Shown: positions 31,277 to 41,606 of the stretch, piece by piece
Layout: each line of letters starts with the position of its first letter
Position numbering within the stretch: position 1 is the first letter of the stretch
DNA from: Actinomycetota bacterium
GTDB lineage: Bacteria; Actinomycetota; Thermoleophilia; Gaiellales; F1-60-MAGs149
DNA length: 64,000 nt
Direction of reading: 5' to 3'
Assembly: GCA_016870485.1 (NCBI GenBank)
Contig: VGBM01000001.1
Location: 293,068-357,067 of the forward strand
Notes under the pieces: model-generated
Told to the model about the DNA's origin: nothing
The model's database searches: none
What the model saw: only the letters and a program-made list of their open reading frames with translations
Position numbers and translations under genes: made by a program

Positions 31277-32787
31277 GCGGGGCTCCCGGGTCGGTCGGCT
31301 GCCGCGAGGCACCCGATCAGGTCTGTGGCAATGATAGCCCCGCCCTGCGCGCGGGCCGCCGCCCGCCGTCCGGCGTCGACGTGGAGCGCGGCCGCGGCGA
31401 CCCCCGCGGTCCACGGGTCGGCCCCGCGCGCGAGGCAGGCGGCGGCGACGCCGGCGAGGACGTCGCCCGACCCGGCGGTGGCGAGCGCGGCGCACGCGCG
31501 GGCGCGCACGCCGAGCCGACCGTCGGGAGCCTGCACGAGGGTGTCGGCGCCCTTCAGGAGCGCGACGGCGCGGGTGCGCTCCGCGAGCGCCCGCGCGCTC
31601 GCGAGGCGGTGCGCCTCGATCTGCCCCGCGTCGCACCCGAGCAGGCGCGCGGCCTCGCCCGCGTGCGGCGTGATCAGGGTCGGGGCCGTGCGGGCGGCGA
31701 GGGGTGCGGGATCGGCGGCGCACCACCAGAGCGCGTCGGCGTCAACCACGAGCGGGCGCTCCAGCGCGAGCGCGGCCCGCACGATGCCGTCGGCGGGCGC
31801 GTCGCGGCCGATCCCGGGCCCGAGCACCACGGCCGCGGCGCGCTCCGCGTAGGCCGCGATCCGGCCCGCCGGGTCGTCGCCGAGCGGGCGCACCATCGCC
31901 TCGCGCAGGAGCCCCGACGCGGCGGGCTGGACGGCGTCGGGCACGAGCACGGTGACGACCCCGGCGCCCGCGCGCAGCGCCGCCTCGGCGGCGAGGAGCG
32001 GCGCCCCGACCATGCCGACGCCGCCGCCGACGACGAGGACGGCGCCCGCGTCGTACTTCGAGCCCGTCTCGGAGCGCGGCGCGATCAGCCCCGCCGCCGC
32101 GGCGACCCGCACGGCGGCCGGCGCCACCGGGAGGCCGGCGGGAATCCCGATCGGGGCGACGACGACCTGGCCCGCCAACCCGCGGCCCGGCTCGATCCGC
32201 AGCCCGACCTTGTCGCAGTGGTAGGTGACGGTGCAGTCGGCCTGGACGGCCGGCCCGGGCGCCTCGCCGGTCGAGGCGTCGACCCCGCTCGGCACGTCGA
32301 GCGCGAGCACCGGCAGACCGCTGGCCGAGACCACGCCGATCGCCCGGGCGATCCCGCCACGCGGGGCGCCCGCGGCGCCCGTGCCAAGCAGCGCGTCGAC
32401 GACGAGGTCGGCTCCGGCCAGGTCGTCCTCGAGCGCGCCGTCGGGGCGCTCCAGGATCGGCACGCCCGCCGCCGCCGCGTCGGCCTGCGCCCGTGCCGCG
32501 TCGCCCGCGCTCGCGCGCTCGGCGACGCGCAGGACGACCGCCGCACAGCCGGCCGCGCGGGCCAGCCGGGCGACCTCGCAGCCGTCGCCGCCGTTCTGGC
32601 CTGGGCCGGCGAGGACGACGACGCGCCCGCGCCCCGCGTAGCGCCCGCGGCGCACGCGGTCGGACGCGCGCCCGGCGGCGCGCATCAGGTCGATGCCGGG
32701 CAGCCCGAGCCCGTCGATCGCGGCGCGGTCGAACGCGCGCGCGCCGGCGGCGTCGTAGAGCGGGGTCTGGGCCTCGGCCGGGTCCAC
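31273..32787 (-). CDS. nnr: Bifunctional NAD(P)H-hydrate epimerase/dehydratase (YjeF/Nnr)
   Basis: From GTG 32787: GPGQNGGDG, VDALLGTG, DVPSG, VLGPGIG, VVDADAL, ITPHAGEAARL, ATAGSGDVLAG. Confidence 0.95.
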   Translation of the reverse strand: MDPAEAQTPLYDAAGARAFDRAAIDGLGLPGIDLMRAAGRASDRVRRGRYAGRGRVVVLAGPGQNGGDGCEVARLARAAGCAAVVLRVAERASAGDAARAQADAAAAGVPILERPDGALEDDLAGADLVVDALLGTGAAGAPRGGIARAIGVVSASGLPVLALDVPSGVDASTGEAPGPAVQADCTVTYHCDKVGLRIEPGRGLAGQVVVAPIGIPAGLPVAPAAVRVAAAAGLIAPRSETGSKYDAGAVLVVGGGVGMVGAPLLAAEAALRAGAGVVTVLVPDAVQPAASGLLREAMVRPLGDDPAGRIAAYAERAAAVVLGPGIGRDAPADGIVRAALALERPLVVDADALWWCAADPAPLAARTAPTLITPHAGEAARLLGCDAGQIEAHRLASARALAERTRAVALLKGADTLVQAPDGRLGVRARACAALATAGSGDVLAGVAAACLARGADPWTAGVAAAALHVDAGRRAAARAQGGAIIATDLIGCLAAADRPGSPA

Positions 32788-32828
32788 GCGGGCAGGGTAC
32801 CCCCGCGCGCCAGGCCGTCGCTGCGGGC

Positions 32829-33293
32829 CTACGCGCCCTTCGCGGCCTGCATCACGGCCGACGCGATCTTCTGGTAGCCGGTGCAGCGGCAAAGGTTGCC
32901 CGCGAGGGCGAGCCGGATCTCCTCCTCAGAGGGGTCGGGGCTGTGGCGCAGGAGCGCGTGCGCGGAGACGAGCATCCCCGGCGTACAGAACCCGCACTGG
33001 ACGCCGCCCTGGTCCAGGAAGGCGGCCTGCAGGGCGGACAGCTCGTCGCCGTCGGCGAGGCCCTCCACCGTGGTCACCTCGGAGCCGACGGCCTGCAGGG
33101 CGAAGTAGGTGCACGAGTTCACGGGCCGGCCGTCGACCATCACCATGCAGGCGCCGCACTCGCAGTCGTCGCAGCCCTCCTTGGTGCCGGTCAGGCCGAG
33201 TTGGTCGCGCAGCGCCTTCACGAGCGTGGTGTCGCCGTCGAGCTCGACCGGGTAGGCGATCCCGTTGACGGTCAGGGTGGCGGCGTGCTTCAT
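32829..33293 (-). CDS. Xanthine-dehydrogenase-family small [2Fe-2S] subunit (CoxS/CutS-like)
   Basis: From ATG 33293: GTKEGCDDCECGAC, QCGFCTPG, GNLCRCTGY. Confidence 0.95.
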   Translation of the reverse strand: MKHAATLTVNGIAYPVELDGDTTLVKALRDQLGLTGTKEGCDDCECGACMVMVDGRPVNSCTYFALQAVGSEVTTVEGLADGDELSALQAAFLDQGGVQCGFCTPGMLVSAHALLRHSPDPSEEEIRLALAGNLCRCTGYQKIASAVMQAAKGA

Positions 33294-34201
33294 CAGGCGG
33301 AGCCCTCCATGAACGCGGGGGTGGCGGGGACGGGGAAGTCCTCGCCGCGGGCTCGGCGCAGGGCGACGTCGATCGCCCGCTTGGCGATCACGCCGGCCAT
33401 CGCGCGGCGGTAGTCCTCGTTGGCGCGCAGGTCGGAGATCGGCCGCGCGTCGGCGGCGGCCCCGGCCTGGGCGGCGGCGAGCGCCGCGGCATCGCCCGCG
33501 GTCCCCGTGACCGCGGCCTCGGCGGCGGGGCTGCGGATGATCGTCGGGGCGAGGGCGGTCAGGGCCACGCGGCAGGCGGTGACCGTGCCGTCCTCGGCAA
33601 GGGTCGCGCAGGCGCTTGCGCCGACGATCGCGATCTCCATCGCGCGCCGGTACTCGAGTCGCACGTAGGCGCTGCCCGTGCGCTCCGCGGGGCGCGGCAC
33701 CATCACGCGGGTCAGGAGCTCGCCCGGCTGGGCGGCGGTGCGGCCCGGCCCGGTCCACAGCTCCTCGACCGCGACCTCGCGGGCGCCGGCCGCCGAGCGC
33801 AGCTCGACGCGGCCGCCGAGCACGACGAGCGGGCCGCCGGTCTCCATCGCGGGCGAGGCGTTCATCAGGTTGCCGCCGACGGTGCCGACGTTGCGGGTGG
33901 CGTGCGAGCCGACGAGGGACGAGGCGTCCGCCAGGGCGGTCCAGGTCGCGCGCACCGCTGGGTCGGCCGCGAGGTCGGCGTGCGAGACGAGCGCGCCGAG
34001 GACCAGCTCGTCGTCGGCCTCGAGGTCGTGCAGCTCGGCGATGCGGTGGATGGCGACCACGTTCGCGGGCAGCTCGCGCCCGCCGCGGGCCTGCACGACG
34101 AGGTCCGAGCCGCCGGCCACGACGCGCGCGTCGGAGCCGTCGCCGACGAGGGCCAGCGCCTCGTCGACCGTCGTCGCCGTATGGAATGCCACGTCCGCCA
34201 T
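33293..34201 (-). CDS. Xanthine-dehydrogenase-family FAD-binding medium subunit (CoxM/CutM-like)
   Basis: From ATG 34201: VAGGSDL, TRNVGTVGGNLMNASPA, ISDLRANEDYR. Confidence 0.92.
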   Translation of the reverse strand: MADVAFHTATTVDEALALVGDGSDARVVAGGSDLVVQARGGRELPANVVAIHRIAELHDLEADDELVLGALVSHADLAADPAVRATWTALADASSLVGSHATRNVGTVGGNLMNASPAMETGGPLVVLGGRVELRSAAGAREVAVEELWTGPGRTAAQPGELLTRVMVPRPAERTGSAYVRLEYRRAMEIAIVGASACATLAEDGTVTACRVALTALAPTIIRSPAAEAAVTGTAGDAAALAAAQAGAAADARPISDLRANEDYRRAMAGVIAKRAIDVALRRARGEDFPVPATPAFMEGSA

Positions 34202-34318
34202 TTCGTCGTACCTCCGCGCCGATTCTGCGTGCCGACGGGATCCTATGCGGAAAGCCCCCGGGACGGAAGCGGGATCCGCGCGAGACGCGTGCGGCCGCCG
34301 GCGGCTACCCTCCCCGGC

Positions 34319-35845
34319 GTGGACGACGACCTGCTGGACGAGCACGGCGAGTTCGAGAACCCGTTCGCGCAGGACGTGCCCGGCGGCGGCGTGCGCCCCG
34401 CCACGTTCGTGCTGTTCGGGGCGACCGGCGACCTCGCCGCGAAGAAGCTCCTCCCGGCCCTCTACAACCTCGCCGCCGAGGACCGCCTGCCCGACCGCTT
34501 CCGCGTCGTCGGGGTCGCCTCGTCGATGCAGGAGCACACGTTCCGCGAGCACATGCAGTCCGCCGTGCAGGCCAACTCGCGCAGCGGCGTCGTGCAGCCC
34601 GTGCTCGACCGGCTGATGGACCGCGTCGACTACCTCCGGGGCGACGTCAACGACCCCGCGCTGTTCGACCGCCTGCGCCAGAACCTCGTCGACGGCGACC
34701 AGGCGCTCGGCGGGCCGACGCGCCGGCTCTTCTACCTGGCGGTGGCGCCGCGCCTGTTCGGGCCGATCGCGCAGGCGCTCGACGGCGTCGGTCTCGCCCG
34801 CGGCGCCGACCCCAAGTCGGTCGTGATGATCGAGAAGCCGTTCGGGCACGACCTGCGGAGCGCCGAGGAGCTCAACCGCGAGGTGACGACGGCCTTCGAC
34901 GAGCGCGACATCCTCCGCCTCGACCACTACCTCGGCAAGGAGACGGTCCAGAACCTGCTCGTCTTCCGCTTCGCGAACGGCATCTTCGAGCCGCTCTGGA
35001 ACCGCCGCTACATCGACCACGTGCAGATCACGGTGGCCGAGGACCTCGGGATCGGCAACCGCGCCGGCTACTACGACCAGGCCGGCGCGATCCGCGACAT
35101 CATCCAGAACCACGCGATGCAGCTCGTGGCGCTGACGGCGATGGAGCCGCCGGCGACCTTCGGCGCGGACGAGATCCGCGAGGAGAAGGCGAAGGCCCTG
35201 CGCTCGATCCGCTGCGTCCGCTCCGCGCGCGGGCAGTACACGGCAGGCCACGTCGACGGCGGGCCCGTGCCGGGCTACCTCGAGGAGCCGGACGTGCCGG
35301 CCGACTCGCAGACCGACACCCTGGCCGTGCTCAAGCTCGAGGTCAACAACTGGCGCTGGGCGGACACGCCGTTCTACGTGCGCGCCGGCAAGCGCGTGCC
35401 GCGCCGCTCGACCGAGATCACGATCGCCTTCCGGCCGGTGCCGCACAAGCCGTTCGCCGACCCGCGCATCAGCGGCAGCATCCGCCCGAACCTCCTGACC
35501 CTCTCGATCCAGCCGAACGAGGGTGCCTCGCTGCGGATCGAGGCCAAGGCGCCCGGCGCGGAGACCGAGCTCAGGCCGGTGCGGATGGACTTCCTCTACG
35601 GCGAGACCTTCACCCGCGACACCCCCGAGGCCTACGAGCGGCTGCTCCTCGACGCCCTGCGCGGCGACGCCACCCTCTTCACCCGCGCGGACGAGGTCGA
35701 GCAGGCCTGGCGGATCGTCGACCCGGTGATCGCCGCCTGGCGGGCCGGCGAGGTGCCGCTCGAGCCGTACGAGGCGGGCACGCCCGGGCCGCCCTCCGCC
35801 GACGCCCTGATCCGCGACGACGGCCGCAAGTGGCGGCGGCTGTGA
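34319..35845 (+). CDS. zwf: Glucose-6-phosphate 1-dehydrogenase
   Basis: From GTG 34319: FGATGDLA, IEKPFG, RLDHYLGKE, RDIIQNH, EAYERLL. Confidence 0.97.
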   Translation: MDDDLLDEHGEFENPFAQDVPGGGVRPATFVLFGATGDLAAKKLLPALYNLAAEDRLPDRFRVVGVASSMQEHTFREHMQSAVQANSRSGVVQPVLDRLMDRVDYLRGDVNDPALFDRLRQNLVDGDQALGGPTRRLFYLAVAPRLFGPIAQALDGVGLARGADPKSVVMIEKPFGHDLRSAEELNREVTTAFDERDILRLDHYLGKETVQNLLVFRFANGIFEPLWNRRYIDHVQITVAEDLGIGNRAGYYDQAGAIRDIIQNHAMQLVALTAMEPPATFGADEIREEKAKALRSIRCVRSARGQYTAGHVDGGPVPGYLEEPDVPADSQTDTLAVLKLEVNNWRWADTPFYVRAGKRVPRRSTEITIAFRPVPHKPFADPRISGSIRPNLLTLSIQPNEGASLRIEAKAPGAETELRPVRMDFLYGETFTRDTPEAYERLLLDALRGDATLFTRADEVEQAWRIVDPVIAAWRAGEVPLEPYEAGTPGPPSADALIRDDGRKWRRL

Positions 35846-36783
35846 GCGCACCCACCCACGCCCCCGAGGACCTGATCCGCGGCCTGCACTGGGCCGCGAC
35901 GGACACGGGCACGGACCGCGTCGCCGCGGCCCTCGCGCGCCTCCTGCGCGACGCCGAGCACCTCGGCGGCGACCACGTGTCCCTGCGCACCATGAACCTG
36001 CTCGTTGCTCCGCGCGCGGGGCCCGTCGCCCCCGTCCCCCACGACGGCGGCTCGCGCGAGGAGCTCGCGCTCCACCCGGCGCGGATGGTGCGCCTGACCC
36101 GCCACGACGCGGACCGCCTCGACGGCGAGGTGCGGGTGCGCCTCGTACGGGTCGGCGAGGCCCACATGGACGTCCTCGTCGAGGACGTGCACCTCAGGGC
36201 CGACGAGGACCGCCTCGCGCACGCGCCGAGCCTGATCGCGCCGCTCCTGGCCCGCGGCATCCCCACCGTGGCCTGGCTGCCCGGCTGCGACCACGGCGCG
36301 GTCGCCGCCGCGCTAGCCGTGACGGCGCACGTGACCGTCTTCGACTCGGACCGCGACCCGAACCCGGCCCGCGCGCTGGCCTTCGCCCACGCCACGGCGC
36401 TCGAGCACCCGAGCCGCGACCTCGCCTGGCTGCGCACGCGCTCGTGGCGCCAGCGGATCAGCGCCGCCTTCGAGCCCGAGGACGCCCGCGGCCTGCTCGC
36501 GTTCGCCCCGTCCGCCCACGTGGTCGGCGACCCGGCGAGCCCCGCCGCGCTGCTCCTCGCCGGCTGGATCGCGGCCCGCGCCGACGTCAACGTGTCGCTC
36601 AGCCCCGGCACGGGCGCCACGCCCGTCGAGGCCGTCACCATCGCCGGCCGCGCAATCGCCCCGCGCCCCGGCGACGCCGGCGACGCGGCGGTCCTCTCCC
36701 AGGCCCTCGACACCGTCTACTCCGCCCCGCGCGGCTACGAGGACGCGCTGCGCAGCCTCGGCCGCGTCGTGCTGATGCCGTGA
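35842..36783 (+). CDS. opcA: OpcA/G6PD assembly protein
   Basis: Immediately follows zwf with a 4-nt overlap; RTMNLLV, HPARMV, VFDS, DLAWLRTRSWR. Confidence 0.8.
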   Translation: MSAPTHAPEDLIRGLHWAATDTGTDRVAAALARLLRDAEHLGGDHVSLRTMNLLVAPRAGPVAPVPHDGGSREELALHPARMVRLTRHDADRLDGEVRVRLVRVGEAHMDVLVEDVHLRADEDRLAHAPSLIAPLLARGIPTVAWLPGCDHGAVAAALAVTAHVTVFDSDRDPNPARALAFAHATALEHPSRDLAWLRTRSWRQRISAAFEPEDARGLLAFAPSAHVVGDPASPAALLLAGWIAARADVNVSLSPGTGATPVEAVTIAGRAIAPRPGDAGDAAVLSQALDTVYSAPRGYEDALRSLGRVVLMP

Positions 36784-37784
36784 CCGCGGTCCTCGCCGGC
36801 GACATCGGGGGCACCCACGCCCGCTTCGCCCGTGCGCTGCCCGGGCCGGGCCGCGTGGAGCTCGTCGACCGCGCCGCCTACCCCGTGCCCGGGTCGGCGT
36901 CGCTCGGCGCGCTCGTGCGCCGCTACCTGGACGAGCACCCCGGGCCGGCCGACGCGGCCGCGATCGGGGTCGCCGCGCCCCTCGTCGGCGGCCGCGCCGC
37001 GCCGATCAACCTGCCGTGGGCGGTCTCCGAGGACGAGCTGCGCGACGCGATCGGGCACCCCGGCGCGCACCTGGTCAATGACCTGCTCGCCAACGCGTGG
37101 GGCATCGGCGAGCTCGGGCCGGAGGCGCTCGCCGAACTCCAGCCGGACCGGATCGGCCTCGGCGGCAACCGCGCCGTCTGCTCGGCCGGCACCGGCCTCG
37201 GCATCGCCGGGCTCATCCCCGCCGGCACGGGCTGGACGCCCTTCGCGAGCGAGGGCGGCCACGTCGACTTCGGCCCCCGCGACGAGCGCGAGGACGCGCT
37301 GCTCCTGTGGCTGCGGGCCCGCCACCCCGAATGGGGCCACGTCTCCGCCGAGCGCGTGGCCTCGGGCCTCGGGCTGCGCGCCATCCACGACTTCGTGGTC
37401 GACACCGGCCGCGCCGCCCTTGGCCCCGCGCTCCGCGCCGCGTTCGCGGACGGCGACGCGGGCCGCGCGCTCGCCGACGCCGCGCTAGCCGGCACCGACG
37501 CCAGCGCGATCGAGGCGCTCGACCTCTTCACGCGCGCCTACGGGGCGGTCGCCGGCAACGTCGCCCTGATGCTGCTCTCGACCGGCGGCATCTACCTCGG
37601 CGGGGGCATCGCGCCGCGGATCCTGCCCCTGCTCGAGCGCGGCGGCTTCCTCGACGCGTTCCACGCCAAGGGCCGCTACGGCGGCCTGCTCGAGCAGATG
37701 GCCGTGCGCGTGATCCTCGACGACGACTGCGCCCTGCGGGGTGCCGCCCGCTACGCCCTCACCCGACTGACGGAGGACGCCTGA
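36780..37784 (+). CDS. glk: Glucokinase
   Basis: From GTG 36780: LAGDIGGTHARF, INLPW, LVNDL, AGTGLG, SEGGHVDF, GIYLGGGIAP. Confidence 0.93.
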   Translation: MTAVLAGDIGGTHARFARALPGPGRVELVDRAAYPVPGSASLGALVRRYLDEHPGPADAAAIGVAAPLVGGRAAPINLPWAVSEDELRDAIGHPGAHLVNDLLANAWGIGELGPEALAELQPDRIGLGGNRAVCSAGTGLGIAGLIPAGTGWTPFASEGGHVDFGPRDEREDALLLWLRARHPEWGHVSAERVASGLGLRAIHDFVVDTGRAALGPALRAAFADGDAGRALADAALAGTDASAIEALDLFTRAYGAVAGNVALMLLSTGGIYLGGGIAPRILPLLERGGFLDAFHAKGRYGGLLEQMAVRVILDDDCALRGAARYALTRLTEDA

Positions 37785-38146
37785 TGCAGGTCCGCAACCT
37801 CGACCGCGACGCCGAGCCGTTCACCACGGTCGACGGCTCGACGATCCGCGAGCTCCTCAACGTCGCGCACCCGCCGACGGCCAACCAGAGCCTCGCCGAG
37901 GCCACCCTCGCGCCCGGCGCCGCCACGACGCGGCACCACCACCGGGTCTGCGAGGAGATCTACTTCCTGCTCGAGGGCACGGGCGTGATGGAGATCGACG
38001 GCGAGGAGCGCGAGGTCGGGCCGGGCGACGCGATCCTGATCCCGCCGGGCGCGCGGCACCGGATCACGGCGCACGCCGGCCGACGGCTGCGCTTCCTCTG
38101 CTGCTGCGCCCCGCCCTACCGCCACGACGACACGTTCCTCGACTGA
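37784..38146 (+). CDS. Cupin-domain protein
   Basis: From ATG 37784: QSLAEATL, HHHRVCEEIYFLLEG, PPGARH. Confidence 0.88.
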   Translation: MQVRNLDRDAEPFTTVDGSTIRELLNVAHPPTANQSLAEATLAPGAATTRHHHRVCEEIYFLLEGTGVMEIDGEEREVGPGDAILIPPGARHRITAHAGRRLRFLCCCAPPYRHDDTFLD

Positions 38147-38233
38147 CGCGCGGCGCTGCGGCCGCGCCGCGCCGCGCCCGCGTGGCGACCGGCTAGAGTC
38201 TCGCCGTATCCGGATTGACGCGGAGGGACAGAC

Positions 38234-39307
38234 GTGACGGGAATGGGCATCGACGGCATCACCGAGGTCCTCGGGGACACGGCCGACTACCTGCTCGGGC
38301 ACACGTGCTCGACCATCGACAAGGGCCGGCTGCACCTGCCGGGCCCCGACTACGTCGACCGCGTGGTGCGCGACAGCGACCGCTCCGTGCCGGTCCTGAA
38401 GAGCCTCCAGGCGATGTACGGCCACGGCCGCCTCGCCGGGACGGGCTACCTGTCGATCCTGCCCGTCGACCAGGGCATCGAGCACTCCGCCGGCGCCTCC
38501 TTCGCCAAGAACCCCGACTACTTCGACCCGGCAGCGATCGTCGAGCTCGCGATCGAGGGCGGCTGCAACGCCGTCGCCTCGACCCTCGGCGTCCTCGGTT
38601 CCGTGTCGCGCCGGTACGCGCACCGGATCCCGTTCATGCTCAAGCTCAACCACAACGAGTTCCTGAGCTACCCGAACGGGTACGACCAGATCATGTTCGC
38701 GTCGATCAACCAGGCCTTCGAGCTGGGCGCGACCTCGGTGGGCGCGACGATCTACTTCGGCTCCGAGGAGTCGAAGCGCCAGCTGCAGGAGGTCTCCGAC
38801 GCCTTCCAGGCTGCGCACGAGCTCGGGATGGCGACGGTGCTCTGGTGCTACCTGCGCAACTCGGCCTTCTCGGCCAAGGACGGCGGCCCCGACTACCACG
38901 TCGCCGCCGACCTGACCAGCCAGGCCAACCACCTCGGCGTCACGATCGCGGCCGACATCATCAAGCAGAAGGCGCCGGAGACGGCCGCCCCCGGCTTCCT
39001 CGACCTGACGTTCGGCAAGACCGACAAGCGCGTCTACGACGAGCTGATGTCGGACCACCCCATCGACATGACCCGCTACCAGGTCGCCGGCTGCTACATG
39101 GGCCGCGCCGGCCTGATCAACTCGGGCGGCGCCTCGGGCGACAACGACCTGCACGACGCGGTCTCCACCGCCGTCGTCAACAAGCGGGCCGGCGGCATGG
39201 GCATGATCTCGGGCCGCAAGGCCTTCCAGCGCCCTCGCGCCGAGGGCATCGCCCTGCTCAACGCGATCCAGGACGTCTACCTCTGCGACGACGTCACGGT
39301 CGCGTAG
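38234..39307 (+). CDS. fbaB: Class I fructose-bisphosphate aldolase (DhnA/FbaB type)
   Basis: [52 protein letters not shown]-like motif. Confidence 0.93.
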   Translation: MTGMGIDGITEVLGDTADYLLGHTCSTIDKGRLHLPGPDYVDRVVRDSDRSVPVLKSLQAMYGHGRLAGTGYLSILPVDQGIEHSAGASFAKNPDYFDPAAIVELAIEGGCNAVASTLGVLGSVSRRYAHRIPFMLKLNHNEFLSYPNGYDQIMFASINQAFELGATSVGATIYFGSEESKRQLQEVSDAFQAAHELGMATVLWCYLRNSAFSAKDGGPDYHVAADLTSQANHLGVTIAADIIKQKAPETAAPGFLDLTFGKTDKRVYDELMSDHPIDMTRYQVAGCYMGRAGLINSGGASGDNDLHDAVSTAVVNKRAGGMGMISGRKAFQRPRAEGIALLNAIQDVYLCDDVTVA

Positions 39308-39317
39308 CGGCCACCCG

Positions 39318-40773
39318 TCAGCCGTCGCGCAGAAGCCGGCCGAGCGGCCGCGCGATCGCGAGCATCGCGAGCCCCGCGACCAGCGCGATCACGCCGAGCA
39401 CCGCGAAGTAGGTCGCCTGCCCCCACTGGTCGTAGTGCTGGGCGAGGCGGCCGCCGACGGCGTCCCCGACCGAGGTGGCGAGGAACCAGACGCCGATCGT
39501 CTGCGAGACGCGGTCGGCCGGGGCCAGGCGGGACGCCGCGCTGAGCCCGCCGGGGCTCAGCATCAGCTCCGCGACCGTCTGGATCGCGAACACCGCGACG
39601 AGCCACGTCGCCGCCACCCGCGCGGTCTCGGCGGACGGCGCGGCCAGCACCATCACCACTATCGAGACGAAGACGAGCACGAGCGACCCGCCGAACTTGA
39701 CCGCCGTGCCCGGCTGGCGGCCGCGCGCGCCGAGCGCGGTCCAGAGCGCCGCCATCACGGGCGCGAGCAGGCTGATCAGGAGCGGGTTGACCGTCTCGAA
39801 CCGGCTCGACGGGAAGTGCGCGCCGAGGATCTCGTGGCGGGTGTCGTCCTGCACGAAGATCGTGATCGTGGAGCCGGCCTGGTCGGAGACGAGGAAGAAG
39901 ACGGCCGCGGCCATGAACAGGATCCCGAGCACGATCACGCGGTGGTAGTGGTCCGGATCGGAGCGGCGCTCCGTGCGCGTGAACCGGTGGATCGGAATCG
40001 CCACGATCAGGAGCGTGATGCCGAGCTCGATCGAGTCGGTGGGGAGGTGGAGCACGGTGATCTTGAGGACGACGAGCGCGACGAACACCGCAAACCCGGC
40101 CAGGCCGTAGAGGCCGTAGCGCCGGCGCAGGCCCGCCGGCAGCGGGTTCTCGGCGACGAGGCCGATCGGGCCGAGGCCGCGCTCGCCGAGCACGTACTGG
40201 ACGAGCGCGAGCACCATCCCGACCGCCGCGGCGCCGAAGCCGAGCCCCCACGAGACCTCCTGGCCGAGGAAGCCGCAGACGAGGGGCGCGAGCGGGGCGC
40301 CGAGGTTGACCCCCGTGCAGTAGATCGAGAAGCCGGCGTCGCGCTGCTCGTCGTGGCCGCCGTAGATGCCGGCCACCATCGCGGTCAGGTTGGGCTTGAG
40401 CAGGCCCGTGCCGACGATGATCAGGAGCAGCGCGAGGTGGAGGCCGGTGCCGGCACCGAGCTGCTCGACCCGCCCGGGCCGGGCCGTCCAGCAGCCGTTG
40501 CCGCCGATCTCGACGGCGTACTCGACCCGCAGCACGCTCACCTGCGAGGCCAGGTCGAGGTCGACGACGCAGGCGGAGCGGTCGTCGGCGCCGCGGCAAT
40601 CGACCCCGCGCAGCGCGACCAGCGGCGCCCCCGCGGCGAGGCGCGCGCACGGCGTCGGCGAGCGACTCCTCGAGGGCGGCACTCGGCCCGTCGCCGACCG
40701 CGCCGCAGCCCGCGGCCGCGAGCGCCACGAGCGCGGCCACGGCGAGGGCGCGGATCGGCCGGAGGGCGCGCAT
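39318..40773 (-). pseudogene. Chimeric degenerate locus: frameshifted lipoprotein N-terminus fused to a 5'-truncated POT/PTR peptide transporter
   Basis: ATG 40773 gives the lipobox LAAAGC; a frame change follows near 40645. The POT sequence starts about 40455 (GTGLLKPN, RDAGFSIY..VNLG, ELMLSPGGLS) and lacks the N-terminal ExxERFxYY region. Confidence 0.75.
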
Positions 40774-40832
40774 GGCGTGAGGACAGTCCGCGCTGCCGCT
40801 AGCATTCGCTCTCACCCGCGAGCGAGGATCCG

Positions 40833-41603
40833 ATGGCCGACGCGAAGAAGAAGACCCCGCCCAAGCGCGCAGCCGAGACCGGCGGCTCCCGCCGCGGCCT
40901 CTGGATCACCCTGATCGCGGCCGGGGCCGTGGCGATCGTCGTCGCGGGCGTCCTGATCTTCCTGTCGCAGCGCTCCGGCGAGGGCGGCGCGGGCGGCGCC
41001 AACGCCGCCGAGGTCGAGGCCGGCAAGCTGAAGGGGGTCCAGGAGGTCGAGGCCCGCTTCGCCGGGATCCCGCAGGAGGGCGCCGTCCTCGGCGACCCGG
41101 ACGCGCCCGTCACGATCACGGAGTTCGCGGACCTGCGCTGCCCCGCCTGCCGCCTGTTCGCGACGGACTACTTCCCCACGGTCGTCGACGAGCTGGTCAA
41201 GACGGGCAAGGCCAAGTACGAGTTCCGGATCTGGCCGATCCTCGGCACCGACGCGGTGCTCGCCGCGCAGGCCGGCATCGCCGCCCAGCAGCAGAACAAG
41301 CTGTTCGAGTACCAGGACCTCTGGTACGTCAACCAGCAGGACGAGTCGCGCGACTACGCGACCGACGCGTACGTCGACGGCGTCGCCCAGGCGCTCGGCC
41401 TCGACCTCGAGCAGTTCCAAGCCGACCGCACGGATGACGCGCTGTGGACGCCCCTGATCCAGGACGTGCAGGTGATCGCCGCCCAGAACAACTTCGGCGG
41501 GACGCCGACCTTCCTGATCTCCGGCCCCGGGGGCGAAAAGATCCTCACCGGCAGCGTGCCGGAGGCCTCCACCATCGCCGACGCGGTCGCCGAGGTCTCC
41601 TAG
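40833..41603 (+). CDS. Membrane-anchored DsbA-family thioredoxin
   Basis: N-terminal TM, EFADLRCPAC (CxxC), GTPTF cis-Pro loop. Confidence 0.9.
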   Translation: MADAKKKTPPKRAAETGGSRRGLWITLIAAGAVAIVVAGVLIFLSQRSGEGGAGGANAAEVEAGKLKGVQEVEARFAGIPQEGAVLGDPDAPVTITEFADLRCPACRLFATDYFPTVVDELVKTGKAKYEFRIWPILGTDAVLAAQAGIAAQQQNKLFEYQDLWYVNQQDESRDYATDAYVDGVAQALGLDLEQFQADRTDDALWTPLIQDVQVIAAQNNFGGTPTFLISGPGGEKILTGSVPEASTIADAVAEVS

Positions 41604-41606
41604 GCG

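Noticed and set aside
33616-36783. Very long Arg/Pro/Ala-rich ORFs (e.g. 33616..36783, 40812..44585, 54533..59035 N-terminal part, 56129..59146, 21264..23885)
   Set aside because: Shadow frames of real genes in stop-poor high-GC DNA; only the sub-segments with recognisable motifs were kept.
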